Of a stretch of 64,000 nucleotides of DNA, positions 26,083-49,699 are shown piece after piece. A program made the translations under genes and the position numbers. The notes beneath the pieces were generated by a model that saw only the letters and a list, made by a program, of their open reading frames with translations, was not told where the DNA came from and did no database searches. Source of the DNA: the human T2T-CHM13v2.0 reference genome, Homo sapiens; NCBI RefSeq assembly GCF_009914755.1, contig NC_060942.1, one strand, 5' to 3'. Numbering within the stretch: the first letter of the stretch is position 1; the number at the start of each line of letters is the position of its first letter.

Positions 26083-26864
26083 CTGTAATAAAAATGAAAA
26101 GGATTACTTTAAAAAGATTTCAGCTTTTTTAAATCATTGATAAAAATATTTGAGCTTCTCTGGCTATGGCTTTATTATGTCTATGAGAATATCTATGCAA
26201 ATGAAAGATGCTAGAATGACCAAATATCCCTGAAGGTCCTACTTAGAGATTTAAGTTTAAATAGGCCCATTAAAAAATAACAAAGAAAAAAGGTGAGAAA
26301 AAAATGCTTAACTGTAATAAGATCTAAAACATATGTACATATTTAATACAGATATATAAATCAATCAAACAAAAACATTTGAAAGTCTTGCTTTCTTTTA
26401 AGAAACACCTTAAAATACTTTAAAGGTATTTTATTTTAAGTATACCTTAGGAAATCTTAAAAGACTGCAAATATATTTCCAGTTTAAAGATACAGTGATC
26501 ATTTCAATGAAAGGAATAATGTTTAAATTCATACTTTCTTTAATATATGCTGACTGTTTTTCTTTAATATATGATTAGGCAAAACCATATAATTAATTGA
26601 GTAATTTTTCCAACAGAGGCTCACCTAAAGAATAATTAGAACTGAACAATATTTGGCTGCACCAACATTAGTATTTTTCTCCATCACTGATACATAATAC
26701 CAAAGAACATGAACAATTAATACATTTCTGTCAATGTCGCTGACAAAAACATACTTCTTAAACAAAAACAGCTATTTTAAAGAATCACTTATTAAATAGT
26801 TTTAACAAAAAGAACGAATAACACAATTATACAATTAATTATACTGCGTACTAGAAAATTGGGT

Positions 26865-27178
26865 TTTTTTGGTTTTTTTTGTTTTTTTTTTTGAGAAGCA
26901 GTCTCACTCTGTCACCCAAGCTGGAGTGCAGTGGTGTGATTTTGGCTCACTGCAACCACCCACTCCCGGGTCCAAGTAATTCTCCCACCTTGGCCTCCTG
27001 AGTGAGTAGCTGGGACTACAGGCACCCACCACCATGCCCAGCTAATTTTTGTATTTTTAGTAGAGATGGGGTTTTGCCATGTTGGCCAGGCTGGTCTCGA
27101 ACTCCTGACCTCAAGTGATCTGCCTGCCTCGGCCTCCCAAAGTGCTGGGATTACAGGCGTGAGCCACCATGCCCAGTC
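26865..27178 (-). mobile_element. Antisense AluS
   Basis: Alu consensus; TSD gtactagaaaatt. Confidence 0.92.
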
Positions 27179-28056
27179 AGTACTAGAAAATTTAATTTCC
27201 CCAGACTACACTTAGATTTCACTGACCTAAATTCAAATATGCATTTAGCTCTATACCTTTCCCTTCACCCAATACTATCCTCCCACTTCTTCCTCTCCCC
27301 AGGATTTACCCTCACACCTAGCCCACAGTGGTTATTCTAACAGCCTTGTTATTTTTTTAGTACTTAACTAGAATTTCTATGCCTCAGACTGTATTATGAC
27401 ATCACAAAAGAAAAATCACAAATAATAGCTTTTGTATGCTCCCAATTCTTAAAATAAAATTGAAACCACAATTTCTTATTTGAAATGAGTTGGTTGAAAA
27501 AAAAACAAAAATGAAAAAATAAAAGAAGACAACCACAACTCCTCATCTCTTAATGATCCTAATGAGAAACACTGGCTGAAACTGAGACCAGAAAATAAGG
27601 GGCCTTAGGTTCTATGAATTAAATTAAAAATTATATATGAGCAATAAAGACTACATGAACATATATATAAAATGAGCTTACTAGCTAAGGGTTTATATAA
27701 TAGGGTTTGATAAGTATAAGACTGTTATTTTACTTATATATTTATTTATTGTTACATAAAACTCTACATTCAACAGTGATTTATAACATACATTTTATTT
27801 ATTTATACATATGATTGTTTGTTCAGACCATTAATGCTTTTGGTAGTTAAGAATACTTAACTCCCATAAAATTGGTAATTAATTTTACTCGGCAAAGTAC
27901 TACTGGACAGAAACAGCTCAAGGAAGGGTACAGACTGCCTTTCGGCAAACAGTTACTGAGAGCCTACTCTGCATGGGGGGAAGAGAGAGAGGGAGGAAGA
28001 GAGGAGCACTCAGGCAAACTGTAACAGAGAGTAGCCTCTTTAAGAGTATATGAGTT

Positions 28057-28375
<319 letters not shown>

Positions 28376-29141
28376 TCAGTAGGATATATTCTGAAGATAA
28401 AGAGAATTACAAAGAAATCTATAAGTTTTTGTAGTACGTTTCTTGTTGGTAGTATAAAATTCTGAAACTATTTTAATGTATTGCAGCAATGAGCACATGA
28501 GTAAATACACTGATATTGCTGGGAGTCATGACTTACACTATGGGAGAAGGAATACACAAACCTAACGTGAGAAGAAAAGGAGCCCTGTGGTGGCAAACTG
28601 TAACTAGAGATATTACACAACTTCAAAACATTTCCTAGCTCTGCTCATCAAAAGTGGGAGAAGCCCATGGGGCACGCCAAGCCCATTCCCCTTCAACAGA
28701 ATCAGGATTCCTTGGGAAATTGGCTGATTTCAGGGCTGGGACAGGGAAATTACAAGGTAAGTCAGGAACATCTTTTTGTACCAGAAAACAATGAAGTGCT
28801 TAAAAACAATGATAGAGGAGTGCCAAAAGGGCATAAGAGTCTATAAAATAAGATTTTTTTCAATGACCTGCATTATAAAACTGAAAATGCTGTAAAAGTA
28901 CTAAAAATTTTTGTGAGAATTCAACAGCTCTTGGTCATTCAATTTGAATTGGTGAGTAACTCACGGTAATATGAAAAGGCTGTAAGTACAAAGTATTTGA
29001 CCAACTACACAGGTCTGCCATCCAAATTCCTGCTCAAAAGCTAATCTAGGAATCCAAAAATCCCAATCACATGACATCAGAGCTTAAAGGGATCTTGGAA
29101 ATGATCTTGCTCAATCCATTCATTTTATACATGAGTAATTT

Positions 29142-29430
29142 GGCTGGGTGTGGTGTCTTGCGCCTGTAATCCCAGCACTTTGGGAGGCTGAGGTGGGAGG
29201 ATTGTTTGAGCTCAGGAGTTTGAAACCAGCCTAGGTAACATAGCGAGACCCAGTTTCTATCAAAAATAAAAAATTAGCCACGCATGTTGGCACAAGCCTG
29301 TAGTCCCAGCTACTCAGGAAGCTGAGGAAGGAGGATCACTTGAGCCCAGGAGGTCCAGTCTGCAGTGAGCTGTGATAGTGCCACAGCACTCCAGAACAGG
29401 TGACAGAACAAGGCCTTGCCTCAGAAACCA
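29142..29430 (+). mobile_element. AluJ, probably inserted within a MIR
   Basis: Diverged Alu; TSD atgagtaat; MIR-like flanks. Confidence 0.8.
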
Positions 29431-29589
29431 TTAATTAATTAATTAAAAACAGATGAGTAATCTGAGAGCTCAAGGAGTCAAATGAGTTGCACATAATGAC
29501 ACAGAGTTGGTGACAGAGTGAAGAGCACACTCTAAGGCTCCTGATTCCTCCTCATGTATGTTGGTGTGGTTTTCTTATTCTAATCCTCT

Positions 29590-29991
29590 TGATATGGTTT
29601 GGTTCTATGCCCCCACCCAAATCTCCTGTTCAATTATAATTCTCAATGTTAGAGGTGGGGCCTGGTGGGAAGTGATTAGATCATGAGGATGGTTTCTAAT
29701 GGTGTAGCACCATCCATCCCCCTAGTGCTGTCCTGTGATAGCGAGTTATCATGAGATCTGGTTGTTTCAGTCTGTAGCACCTCCTCCTTCCCTCTTTCTT
29801 CCTCCTGCTCCAGCCATCCAGGACGTGCTGGCTTCCCCTTCACCTTTTGCGATGACTGTAAGTTTTCTGAGGCCTCCCCAGCCATGCTTCCTGTACAGCC
29901 TGCAGAACAGTGATCCAATTAAACCTCTTTTCTTTATAAATTACCCAGTCTCAGGTAGTTCTTTATAGCAATGCAAGAATGGACTAATATA
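29590..29991 (+). mobile_element. MSTA/MSTB MaLR solo LTR
   Basis: tgatatggtttgg...cccacccaaatctc start; aattaaacctcttttctttataaattacccagtctcaggtagttctttatagca...actaata end. Confidence 0.9.
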
Positions 29992-30108
29992 TCTCCATTC
30001 CCACTTTCAGTGGCTGTTGGGATTGAGGGGAACTGCAGGGGTACTGTCCAGGCTAACTACCATTTCTACTGTTTCTGAGGAATGGGGAAATGCATTCCTC
30101 AAAAAAAA

Positions 30109-30865
30109 TTTTTTTTTTGAGACGGAGTCTCGCTCTGTCGCCCAGGCTGGAGTGCAGTGGCATGATCTTGGCTCACTGCAAGTTCTGCCTCCTGGGTTCA
30201 GGCATTGCACTCCACCCTGGGCGAGACAGCGCCACTCCATCTCAAAAAAAAAAATTCTGGGTGAAGTCACAGGATTTGTAAGTTTTAGAGGGATTCATTC
30301 CTTAGGTCTGGTGCAGTAAAACAGAAGTGGCCAACCTTTGAAGAAAGACTCAGAACTTGTCAAGTGTAAATCCCTTGATGCTATACTGGTAGTTTCCAAT
30401 TGAAGAAGCTGTTGTTGAATTGAGGAATGCGGCCAGGCGCAGTGGCTCATACCTGCCATCCGAGCACTTTGGGAGGCCAAGGCAGGTGGATCACGAGGTC
30501 AGGAGTTCAAGGCCAGCCTAGCCAAGATGGTGTAACCCCATCTCTACTAAAAATACAAAAATTAGCTGTGCATGGTGGCAGATGCCTATAATCCCAGCTA
30601 CACGGGAGACTGAGGCAGAGAATTGCTTGAACCCAGGAGGCGGAGGTTGCAGTGAGCAGAGATCACGCCACTGCACTTCCAGCCTGGGCGCAAGAATGAG
30701 ACTCCATCTCAAAATAAATAAATAAATAAATAAAAATAAAAAAAAGAAAGGCTGAGGTGGGAGAATGGCTTAAGCCCAGGAGGCAGGCAATGAGCTGAGA
30801 TGGTACCACTGCACTCCAGCCTGGGCAACAGAGCCAGACATTGTCTTTAAAAAAAAAAAAAAAAT
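30109..30865. mobile_element. Fold-back Alu chimera (30109-30254) and sense Alus (30431-30865)
   Basis: Antisense Alu 3' end joined to a sense Alu 3' end, followed by a full Alu and a right-arm fragment. Confidence 0.88.
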
Positions 30866-31404
30866 TTATTAGACGAGTCCCCTTATGTCCCAGGAAACAG
30901 AAAAGCCTATGCCTTCCTATAAACTGACACAGAATGGCTTTACGAAACAAACTAGTCCTGATATAAAATGTCTGTCATAAAGAATTCATAACTAAGGCAA
31001 CACTGTCATCTTCAGCAGACATTATAAATCTTAAATATTGATAATCAGATCATTTCACCATGGGTCTGCTCAGAGAATGCAAATAATACTTTCAAATTAA
31101 GGTAGCTACTTATCTTTAAAGTAGAAACCTCAGCATATGGCTGACTTATCATGCAGTCACATTATCAATATGATTCAAACTAGCTGAATAAGCAAAAGGC
31201 AAACTATACCTACCAAAAAAACAGAATTTCTGGAACTTTTAAGATAAATGGTTCTCAGAATTATTCTCCAGCTTTTTACTATGTGACCAAATTCTAGACA
31301 ATGTTTCAGTCCCTCTAACCATGTGAAATTATGTTCTTTTTCATGCTAAAACTGAGATACCAATGAATACACCCTGCTCTCCTGCCAGCATACCTCTGCC
31401 ACCT

Positions 31405-32105
31405 TCATTTGTTCAGTAAATATTTATTCACCACCTACTAAGTACTACTCATAAGCACTGATGACACGCTGTCGTAGTAAACAAGCTAGACACAGTTCTT
31501 GCCTCATAAGGCTTACATTTTATTGAACACAGCCCCAAAAAAGTAATCAAACAAAACAGAACTCGTGATAAATGGATCCAAAAGGGAGAGAAAGTAACAG
31601 AAATGACCCCATCTGGGGTGGTCAGGTAAGATTCCTCCAAAAGATGATATTTAAACAGAGACCTTGAAGCTGGGTAGAACCAACTGCAGGGCGGGAAGAA
31701 GAATCTGTTCCGGAAGCAGGAGGTGGCGTGTGACAGGCCTGGGAAGTGTTTGGTGGATGAGTAACATAAACTGTGTTTAGACAGGCAGGGGGCAGATCAC
31801 ACAGGCTTGTAAGGATAGTATGATGAGTTCAGATTTGACTTTAAGGAAAATGGGAAGCTATTGAAGGATACCAGGCAAGAGGGTCAGCTGCGTCCAGGTA
31901 GTTTCCAGGTCAGTCTTGCTATAATGTGAAGAACGTAGTGGAGACAGCCAGATGGAAAGCTCAAGGCCAGCGAGGAGGCTACTATCATTGTACTGCAGCA
32001 CTACACGCGGGCGGCCAGGCAGGGAGATGGCAGTAATGAGGGTGAAAAGGAGAGGGTTCATGAAATAATTTGGAAGTAGAACAGGATTTGTTAATGGATT
32101 GACAA
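31405..32105 (-). mobile_element. L2 LINE fragment
   Basis: ttcatttgttcagtaaatatttatt 3' end; gggcagatcacacaggcttgtaagg...tttgactttaaggaaaatgggaagctattgaagg. Confidence 0.72.
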
Positions 32106-32330
32106 ACAACATCCTGAACATGCTCCATGTTTTCAAGAATAATATTCTCAAACATTTGACCAAAACTGATCAACAACAACCATTAGTTTAAGAACTATAA
32201 TACTTTTATAAGAAAGGAGTTTATTAAATATGCTTCTGGGACAATTTTTGTATTATTACTAGGAAAAAAAACCCATAGTTTTGTAGTTAACAGGCTGAAA
32301 TTTAGCAATAAAAAAATTTCTACAGCCTAA

Positions 32331-33063
<733 letters not shown>

Positions 33064-33664
33064 GTGAATGTTATGGATTTGATACAAAAAACAGTCAGGG
33101 ACATGACCTCTAATTTTAAATATCTCTCATGGAAAAAGCATTCATCTGTTCATTCACCAACAATACGTTTGTGTGACAGGCACTCTCCAGAACTTGCATC
33201 TTCTTCCTTGAGATTATCTGACCCCCACCCACAGACTCTGCCCCAAGCCAGGCTCTAGGACTTTCAGCCTTCAATCACCTTTGCCATAAATGTGACTTCT
33301 ATCCTAATTCAGAAATGGAAGCTCCCACTTTATTTTTGACATAGACTACACTTTGCTTCCTAGATTTGTAACTAAATCCCTTACCTTTCAAAAAAAATGA
33401 CAGCCTTGGATTGTTATTACCAGTCACCTTCCCAGGGACTAGAGTCTCCCCTTGGACCTAGTATCAGTGATTAAAACCCGCCACAAAATTTGGATATTAT
33501 CTTTTATCTATTTTATGTAATCTGGCAACACTGGAAGCTTGCAGAGCAAATAAGTTTCATCTCTAGTGCCAATTCTGAGTAACAGTGGCTGTCTAGAATG
33601 TCATCTTCAGAAGTATTCTGATGGCAAGTACAGGATAGGAGGTGCCCAGGACTATTTAGAAATG

Positions 33665-33928
33665 GTCTCACTCATAAGTGGGAGTTGAACAATGAGAACA
33701 CATGGACACAGGGAGGGAAACAACACACACCAGGGCCTGTCAGGGATGGCAGGGGAAAGGGGAGGAAGAGCATTAGGACAAATATGTAATGCCTGTGGGG
33801 CTTAAAACCTAGATCACGGGTTGACAGGTGCAGCAAACCAGCATGGCACATGTATACCTATGTAACAAACCTGCACATTCTGCACATGTATCCTGGAACT
33901 TAAAGTAAAATTTTAAAAAAGAAGAAGA
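33665..33928 (+). mobile_element. Short 5'-truncated L1PA 3' UTR
   Basis: tctcactcataagtgggagttgaacaatgagaacacatggacacagg...gaacttaaagta plus A-tail; TSD agaaatg. Confidence 0.92.
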
Positions 33929-33951
33929 AATGCTGCCATAGGAATAGAAGA

Positions 33952-34856
33952 CATAATATTTGTATTTAAAGAATAGTACTGTATTCATAAGTATAATAAA
34001 AATGTGTAACTTACAAAACTCATTACAAAAAGATATTTCTTGACTATGTATAGTATATGTAGTAAAGGATAAATAGCTAAAAATGTTTATAGTATAAACA
34101 TTTTTAAATGTTTATACATAAATAGCTAAAAATGTTTATAGCCTGGAGCCACATTTCTGACACTCCTGTGTTAGAAGACAAGGACAATGAAAGTCAAAGT
34201 ACTCTTTGTAAACTGGGTTGATTTGGATTAAACTTTTCCCTAGTAACAGCAATTCAAACATTGCTTAAACTTCACAAGCTCAAAAATACATAGACATATC
34301 ACTAGATTTTAGGAATGAGAACTTGGAGGGGAACCTCCCCAAGCCAAATCATAAACAGAGTTCTAGCAGGTGACAATCCCAAATGTTCTACTATTCCCTA
34401 TCAATTGAAGAGTTCTGGTTTTCATGCATTTCATACACACATCTGTGTCCATTCTCTTTAGAATCTCCTGCCCCTCTGTGGCATCTGAGTATGAGACAAC
34501 CTAGCCAACAAGAGCCCTGCAGAGAAGCATCCCAGGAACTTCTATCTTCCAAGCCCTAATTCCCTTTAGTTATATCACAACTCTACCAGCCATATCCACT
34601 TACCCAAATGTGTTACTTTCCCTCTGTCAAGATTTGGGAGATCTGATTTAAAAACTATAAAAACAACATAGGCTTGACATAGACTACACTTTGCCATTTT
34701 TAGCTATTTAACCTTTACTATAAACATTTTTAGCTATTTAACCTTTACTACATATACTATATATAGTCAAGAAATATTTTTGTAATGAGTTTTGTAAGTT
34801 ACACATTTTTATTATACTTATGAATACAGTACTATTCTTTAAATATAAATATAATG
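33952..34856. repeat. Inverted repeat of about 140 bp (arms 33952-34094 and 34717-34856)
   Basis: tttaaagaatagtactgtattcataagtataataaaaatgtgtaacttacaaaactcattacaaaaa is the reverse complement of 34776-34843. Confidence 0.93.
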
Positions 34857-34885
34857 AAAAGATCATTAATTAAAGAAGAAAGTCA

Positions 34886-36100
<1,215 letters not shown>

Positions 36101-36349
36101 ACAGTATCAGCATCAGAAATAGTTAAATGGCTTGCCTGAGGTCATAACTATTCAATAGTAAGCATCAGAGCCAAAAGAATTGAAACTGCATCTTCTGTAG
36201 CCAGCTCTTAGTTCTCTCCATGTTATGGTGTGACATTCAACAGCTGATTTGCAACTATCTGGAAGGCAGCAAAGGAGCTTGGTGGGAATCAACATGACTC
36301 CACAGGAAAAAATATTTTCCAGGCCAATTTAATTTCCAACAAGTATAAA

Positions 36350-37465
36350 CCATCATCTATCTTCCCACCCTAACCTGCCCCTCCTGCCTACCCTGTCACC
36401 CAAGCACCCAGGCAAGAAGTCAGAGCCTTTGAACAATCCTTCCTCTTTCTCACCCACACATAAAAAGTGGAAGAGCTATACCATGTCCTATTTCCTAAAT
36501 CACTCTCAATCTGATTCTTTCTCTCCATTCCTACTGCCCTAATTCAGACCTCCATCATCTCCTGTTTGAACAGCCATAACACTCCTAACTGGTTTAGCAA
36601 CTTAAAGGCTACAAAGATCTAAAGATATATAAAATGCCTACTGGTGTCTATGCCCTCCATTTTACCCAATTCAATACATCTACAAAGCCCCTACATTTAT
36701 CTTTCTAAAAAGAGTAATCTGCTTACATCATTTTCCTGCTTAAAACCCTTCCATAGCTCTCCACTGCCTGTACAGACTATAAATACACACTCGACCATGT
36801 GGCTGGCACAAAGTCCTTCATCATCTGATCCCAGCCAACGTGCCTTTCCAGCCCTTCTGACTCCGACTCCCACACACATCCTCCGCTCCAGGCACAGGGA
36901 ACACCCACTACAAAGAAGACAAACAGGTTTAACCTCACGTGCCAACTCCAAATAATTAGTAGTGGCCACCTGAAGCATCCTGTTGAGAACTCTTGGGGCT
37001 GCTTACGAATTCGGCAGCAAAAAATGCGGTAACTGATTAGCAGTTATATGCTTTTGGCATGGGGAAGTGGGTGGCAGCACAACGCCACACTTGCCATCCA
37101 TGTACTGCTGCTCTCTGAGTACCATATAACGTCCTCCACATCTCCAAGCCTTTCCACTTGCTGCTGCTGCTGCTGCCTCACATAGTCTTCCTTTTAGGCT
37201 ACAGCCCCATCCTGGAGACCTCCAGAAACCAGATCTCCTCTGTAACACTCGCCTACTGTCACCAGGCAGGGTCAGCCACTCTCTTCTCTGGGCTCTCATA
37301 GTTTTCTAAACATCTTTATTATTTTAAAATTATTGCACTGTACTGTGTTAGTTTCTCCATCTATGAGCTTCTTGAAGGTATGAGTGCAGTTTATCCCTCT
37401 TTGTATCGTCAACATCTGGCACAGTGCACTTAGAAGGCACTCAAATATTGGTGAAATGAATACAT
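36350..37465 (+). mobile_element. L2 LINE 3' region
   Basis: tctccattcctactgcc...tcctgcttaaaacccttcca...tctggcacagtgcacttagaaggcactcaaatattggtgaaatgaat. Confidence 0.72.
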
Positions 37466-37742
37466 GAAATCAGGTAATGGGAATATCGCTAACATGGTAT
37501 TTTCACTAAAAATCCAGGAAGACATGACCAAACCCTGGGACCAGGCAACCTATAGGGATTGTTAGTGACATTCTAGCACTACCCTCCAATTATCTCTATT
37601 TATATTTTTATCTCTCCGAAATACAAGATATTAAAGGAGTATATTAGGTAGGAACTTAACTTCTAATTAAATTAAGGGATGGGAGAGAAAATGGGAAATA
37701 TGACAGAAAAAGACCACAGACTTAATTTAAAAAAATGTATTA

Positions 37743-42672
<4,930 letters not shown>

Positions 42673-44043
42673 CATATTTTTTCACTATTTCAACCTTTTC
42701 CACAAATATTCTCTCTTTAAAATCAAATAGGATTTTATGCCAAGACGATCTTCCCCTCCAAATTAGCATGAACCTTGCTGAGAAGCTTGACTGATCGTAT
42801 CCTCTTTTCAAAACCCAAACAAAGCCTGAATGTTCCCTATACCAAGAAACCATTCTCAAGGGATCCCTTTATTAGTATGCACACAGGCATTCATTGTTCC
42901 TTTCAGGAAAACCTTCTACCAACCTTAAGATTATTTTAAATCAACATATGGCCATAATTTTTAAACGATTCTTTATACATCTAAACTAAAGGTACATCAA
43001 AAATTTTGAAACCAAAAGTTAAAATAAATGATTGTTGTCAGACGGGTATTTAAGTCCTGAAAGACTGTGAGACCACACATGATTCTAATCTCTAAAACTA
43101 CTGCTATTAATAATTCTTTGTGGCATGCCAGAAAAGCAAATGCTTTTTAACCATGTGAAGATCTAGACTATAACCTAAACTGCATCAGTTACTACCTTCT
43201 AAAGACCCTGTATACCAAAATGTGCTCTAATTGCTAGTCAGGTATACTTATGAGTATACAAAGAGCCTGCGTGTCTTTAACCCCTTAATTAAGCGTGTGA
43301 AAGTTAAAACTTCATCAACTTGTACCTAATAAACTTTCCCAAACAACAAAGTCTTATTATTACTACAACTGCATAAACACTGGAGAAAATAAAATGTTAA
43401 ATAAGCCACCAAACAAGAATCATAAACTCTCTTGATTCTAAGCAATCTATCCTCCTGTCATCACAGAAATACTTCTTAACCATACTGCTCATTTTAGGAC
43501 GTTATACATAATTTAATCTTTTTACTTTCAAGAGATCCTCTAAAGAGCTAGTCTTTCCTTTTTCTTGAATTTATCTTCTTGGGTCCTATATCACACTACT
43601 TTTATGGCCATGCTAGCAATTTGGCTCTAAGTTTTACCTGAATGCTAAATAAACTCACTAATTCTTCATTTTTTTCCTTCATTGGTCTCCAGCCTCTGAC
43701 ACATTTCAACATTTTTCTGTTTTTCTTATAGCATATTTCTATTTATTTCATTCAAACTGAATCTAACCATTCTCAGATGTATCAATACTGTTAAAAGTAA
43801 ACAAGAATTAAAATCAATTACTACCACATTCAGTCCCCTAAAAAGTCAGTAAAGCCTATGAAGTACTATTTCTTCTAAAAGGACTAAATGGAGTGATACT
43901 GCTGGTACTGGCAAGAACCAGTACGACTCATTCAGCTCAACAACAGAGTGACAATGGCCTGTAGAAGGATTCACTCACTTGAGGATTACAGCCAGAATCC
44001 ACTTCTCTACCCTGAACACAATCCTGGGCACCACCTGCTAGAG

Positions 44044-44244
44044 CAGTGGTTCTCAACTGGGATGATTTTGCACCCTAGGGAACATCTGGCAATGGACAGA
44101 GACTTTTTTAATGTCACAATTGCAGGGGAGGGGCCTACTGGCATCCAGTGTTAGAGATCAGATCACGGATGCTGCACAGAACAGCCACCACAACAAAGTA
44201 TTACTCAGCCAAAAATGCCGACAGTGCCAGTTAAGAAACTCTGA
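44044..44244. mobile_element. MER20 hAT-Charlie element
   Basis: cagtggttctcaactggg...catctggcaatg...ctactggcatccagtg...aagaaactctg. Confidence 0.82.
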
Positions 44245-44643
44245 CCTTGACATTTACCCCAATTCTTGGTAAAAACATAAAACAGATGGACTAGAGACAG
44301 TATAGTGGTGAGAAAGGACCACAGGATTAGAGGAAGAAGGAAACTAAAACCTACTGAGTACCTGCTATACAGCAAGTCTTGCCACTTGACATATATTATC
44401 CTCACTTATGCCCCAATCCTGTGAAAACAACAATATATTCTGATTTTACACAGAAGGCTAGACTCAGGGTGATTGGGGAACTTACTCACTGTCACTTATC
44501 TAAGGGGAAGAATCACAAAACAAATTCAAACCAAATGTTTCATTCCACAACACTACTAAGCCTAGACACTAAAAGACCAAGATTTGATTCAAAGAGTTAC
44601 TAATCACTTAACTTCCCTAAACGTCCATTTAGAAAATATATCA

Positions 44644-47226
<2,583 letters not shown>

Positions 47227-47348
47227 TAAATTATAATTGCAAGTATTTCCCACTAAGATTAAGTCCAAGTTTAAAAGCAATAAGCCCATCAAAGAAACAA
47301 AAATACTATTTGAAATAGTTTCAAAAGAACAATTAAAAAGATGGCTTT

Positions 47349-47443
47349 AAATAAAAAATCGTTTACCTGACGCTAAAAAATAAAAGATAAAAGCATGTAA
47401 ATAAAAATGTGTTTACCTGACACTAAAAAATAAAAGATAAAAA
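47349..47443. repeat. 50-bp tandem duplication (about 1.9 copies)
   Basis: gtttacctgac(g/a)ctaaaaaataaaagataaaa at 47361 and 47411. Confidence 0.9.
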
Positions 47444-47974
47444 CGTTCTGGTGGAACTGAAAGAATAACTATAATCTTGAATATTGTTTTAATCAAGTTA
47501 GACAAGGGTTTTCATTAAATGTCATTTTACTAATTCGAAATTACATCTTTCACCTTAAGCATTTTGACATTTCCATCAACTTTCTAAAAGTGAGGGTAGA
47601 TTGTTTTTCTATGTTTTTAATAGACTTGCCTCTCAAAAGAATGAATTAGATAAAAACTGATGGGAGAAACCTTTTCTCAACCTCCTCCTCCTCTTCAATG
47701 AGCATCTGAGTAAACCCTGGCTATAAATTACTGTTTAGGTCATAATCCTGAAAATTTTACATTAGACAATGACGTAACTAAGGCCCATTTTCTCTTTGTA
47801 TCCCGACATCCTGTCAACTTTTCACTTTACAAGCCTGTTTTTCATCACAACAAATTTTCACATACAGGAATGCAATCAGTATTTTCTAACGTCCAGGAGC
47901 CAAAAATCACTATTTAGTCTATTTTTCCATTTCTCCCCAAAGAGCAGAATTCTCACGGTTCAGAATCATCTTTA

Positions 47975-49150
<1,176 letters not shown>

Positions 49151-49699
49151 TTAGGGGGCCGCACGGGCCGGGGGATGCACGCTCTGGAGGTGAGGACCAG
49201 GCAGGAGGGCCTCGCCTCGAGGCGAGATGGCCGCACGGTCTCTAGCCCGCAGGGCTCTCAGAGTCGCAGGCGGTGACGCCCGGTCGGGGGGCCCGGTCGC
49301 AAGGGACACACAGCTGGGGGCGCAATGGTGAGGGCGGCGACGCACGGTCCGGAGGGGATGCGCGGCCGGGTAGGGCGTGCAGGGTTGTGGGGCGTGGGGG
49401 ACACGCGGGGCCGGGCGCGCGGTCGGGGGGCGCAGGGGCAAGAGGGTGTCGCATTTATCAGGGAAGTCCCCGGCCGACTCTGGCGGGGAACTGGGCGCGC
49501 CAACCCGGGTCACCGCCCTGCACAGCGGGAGAAGTCACCCGCATTGACGTTCCCTAGGCGCTGGATCGCCGAAGGTCTGGTTGAAAACTTGAACCCGCCT
49601 GGAGCGGATGCCTAAGAAAATGCAGGCCCGCTGAAGCCTCCCCGCCGGGCCCTGGGCCCTGAAAGCCTCCGGCAGTTTCCCGTGACCCCGCGGCCGCTC

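Noticed and set aside
37158-37176. (CTG)n tract as an expansion locus
   Set aside because: Only about 5-6 units; an unremarkable intronic microsatellite.
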